From positions 186,001 to 250,000 of the forward strand of contig JAVKOQ020000012.1 of the NCBI GenBank assembly GCA_031835245.2: a stretch of DNA of 64,000 nucleotides, read 5' to 3'. This document shows positions 63,779-64,000 of this stretch, piece after piece. How positions within the stretch are numbered: position 1 is the stretch's first letter; each line of letters opens with the position of its first letter. The stretch comes from Balamuthia mandrillaris (taxonomy: Eukaryota). Under the pieces are notes generated by a model. That model worked only from the letters and a program-made list of their open reading frames with translations. It was not told the origin of the DNA and searched no databases. The position numbers were made by a program, and so were the translations under genes.

Positions 63779-64000
63779 ATGGGTTCAAGTGTGACCGATT
63801 ACTTCCTTGAACTAGCCCTTGAATGCCGCCGAAAGGCAAAGTTTACCCTTTCAGGGCAACGCATCTGGGTCCAACCGATGTTTTTGAGAGACCGAGAACT
63901 GCAGTGTCTCCCTTTTTGTCCTTGTCGCTGGCAGGTCCACCCTGTTCCACGGCTGAAACCAAAAAGGTTAAGCTTTGAGGTGATTCCGAGAGATGACCGG
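63779..64000 (+). CDS. Possible 5' end of an unknown gene, truncated by the window edge
   Basis: Frame open from ATG 63779 (MGSSVTDYFLELALECRRK...) to the end; no recognisable motif. Confidence 0.25.
   Translation, partial: MGSSVTDYFLELALECRRKAKFTLSGQRIWVQPMFLRDRELQCLPFCPCRWQVHPVPRLKPKRLSFEVIPRDDR

Overview
Gene-dense eukaryotic genomic DNA with short GT-AG introns that are often filled with (CT)n/(GA)n microsatellites. The gene content suggests an amoebozoan protist, but that is inference only. I can support about 24 protein genes: PSTK, an intronless Rac1, tyrosine aminotransferase, CASTOR-like, two F-box proteins, a bacterial-type IMPDH, otubain, GPR107-like, TAF1A-like, a 2H phosphoesterase, a carrier-like protein, a BTB protein, ThiD, a PPR protein, inositol monophosphatase, a MAK-like kinase, an IQ-DH-PH-C2 RhoGEF, an HRG1-like heme transporter, MUTYH, a secreted Cys-rich protein and a Frizzled/Smoothened-like GPCR. 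There is also one tRNA-Asp, a decayed LRR remnant and a MITE-like inverted-repeat element. The standout is an ~18.7-kb minus-strand gene (28872-47609) encoding a giant RNF213/mysterin-like multi-AAA+ ATPase. It seems to lack the RING and RZ-finger E3 modules and instead splices in frame to an intact USP deubiquitinase domain plus a terminal SAM domain. Exon boundaries were read by eye and family calls come from remembered motifs; no searches were run.
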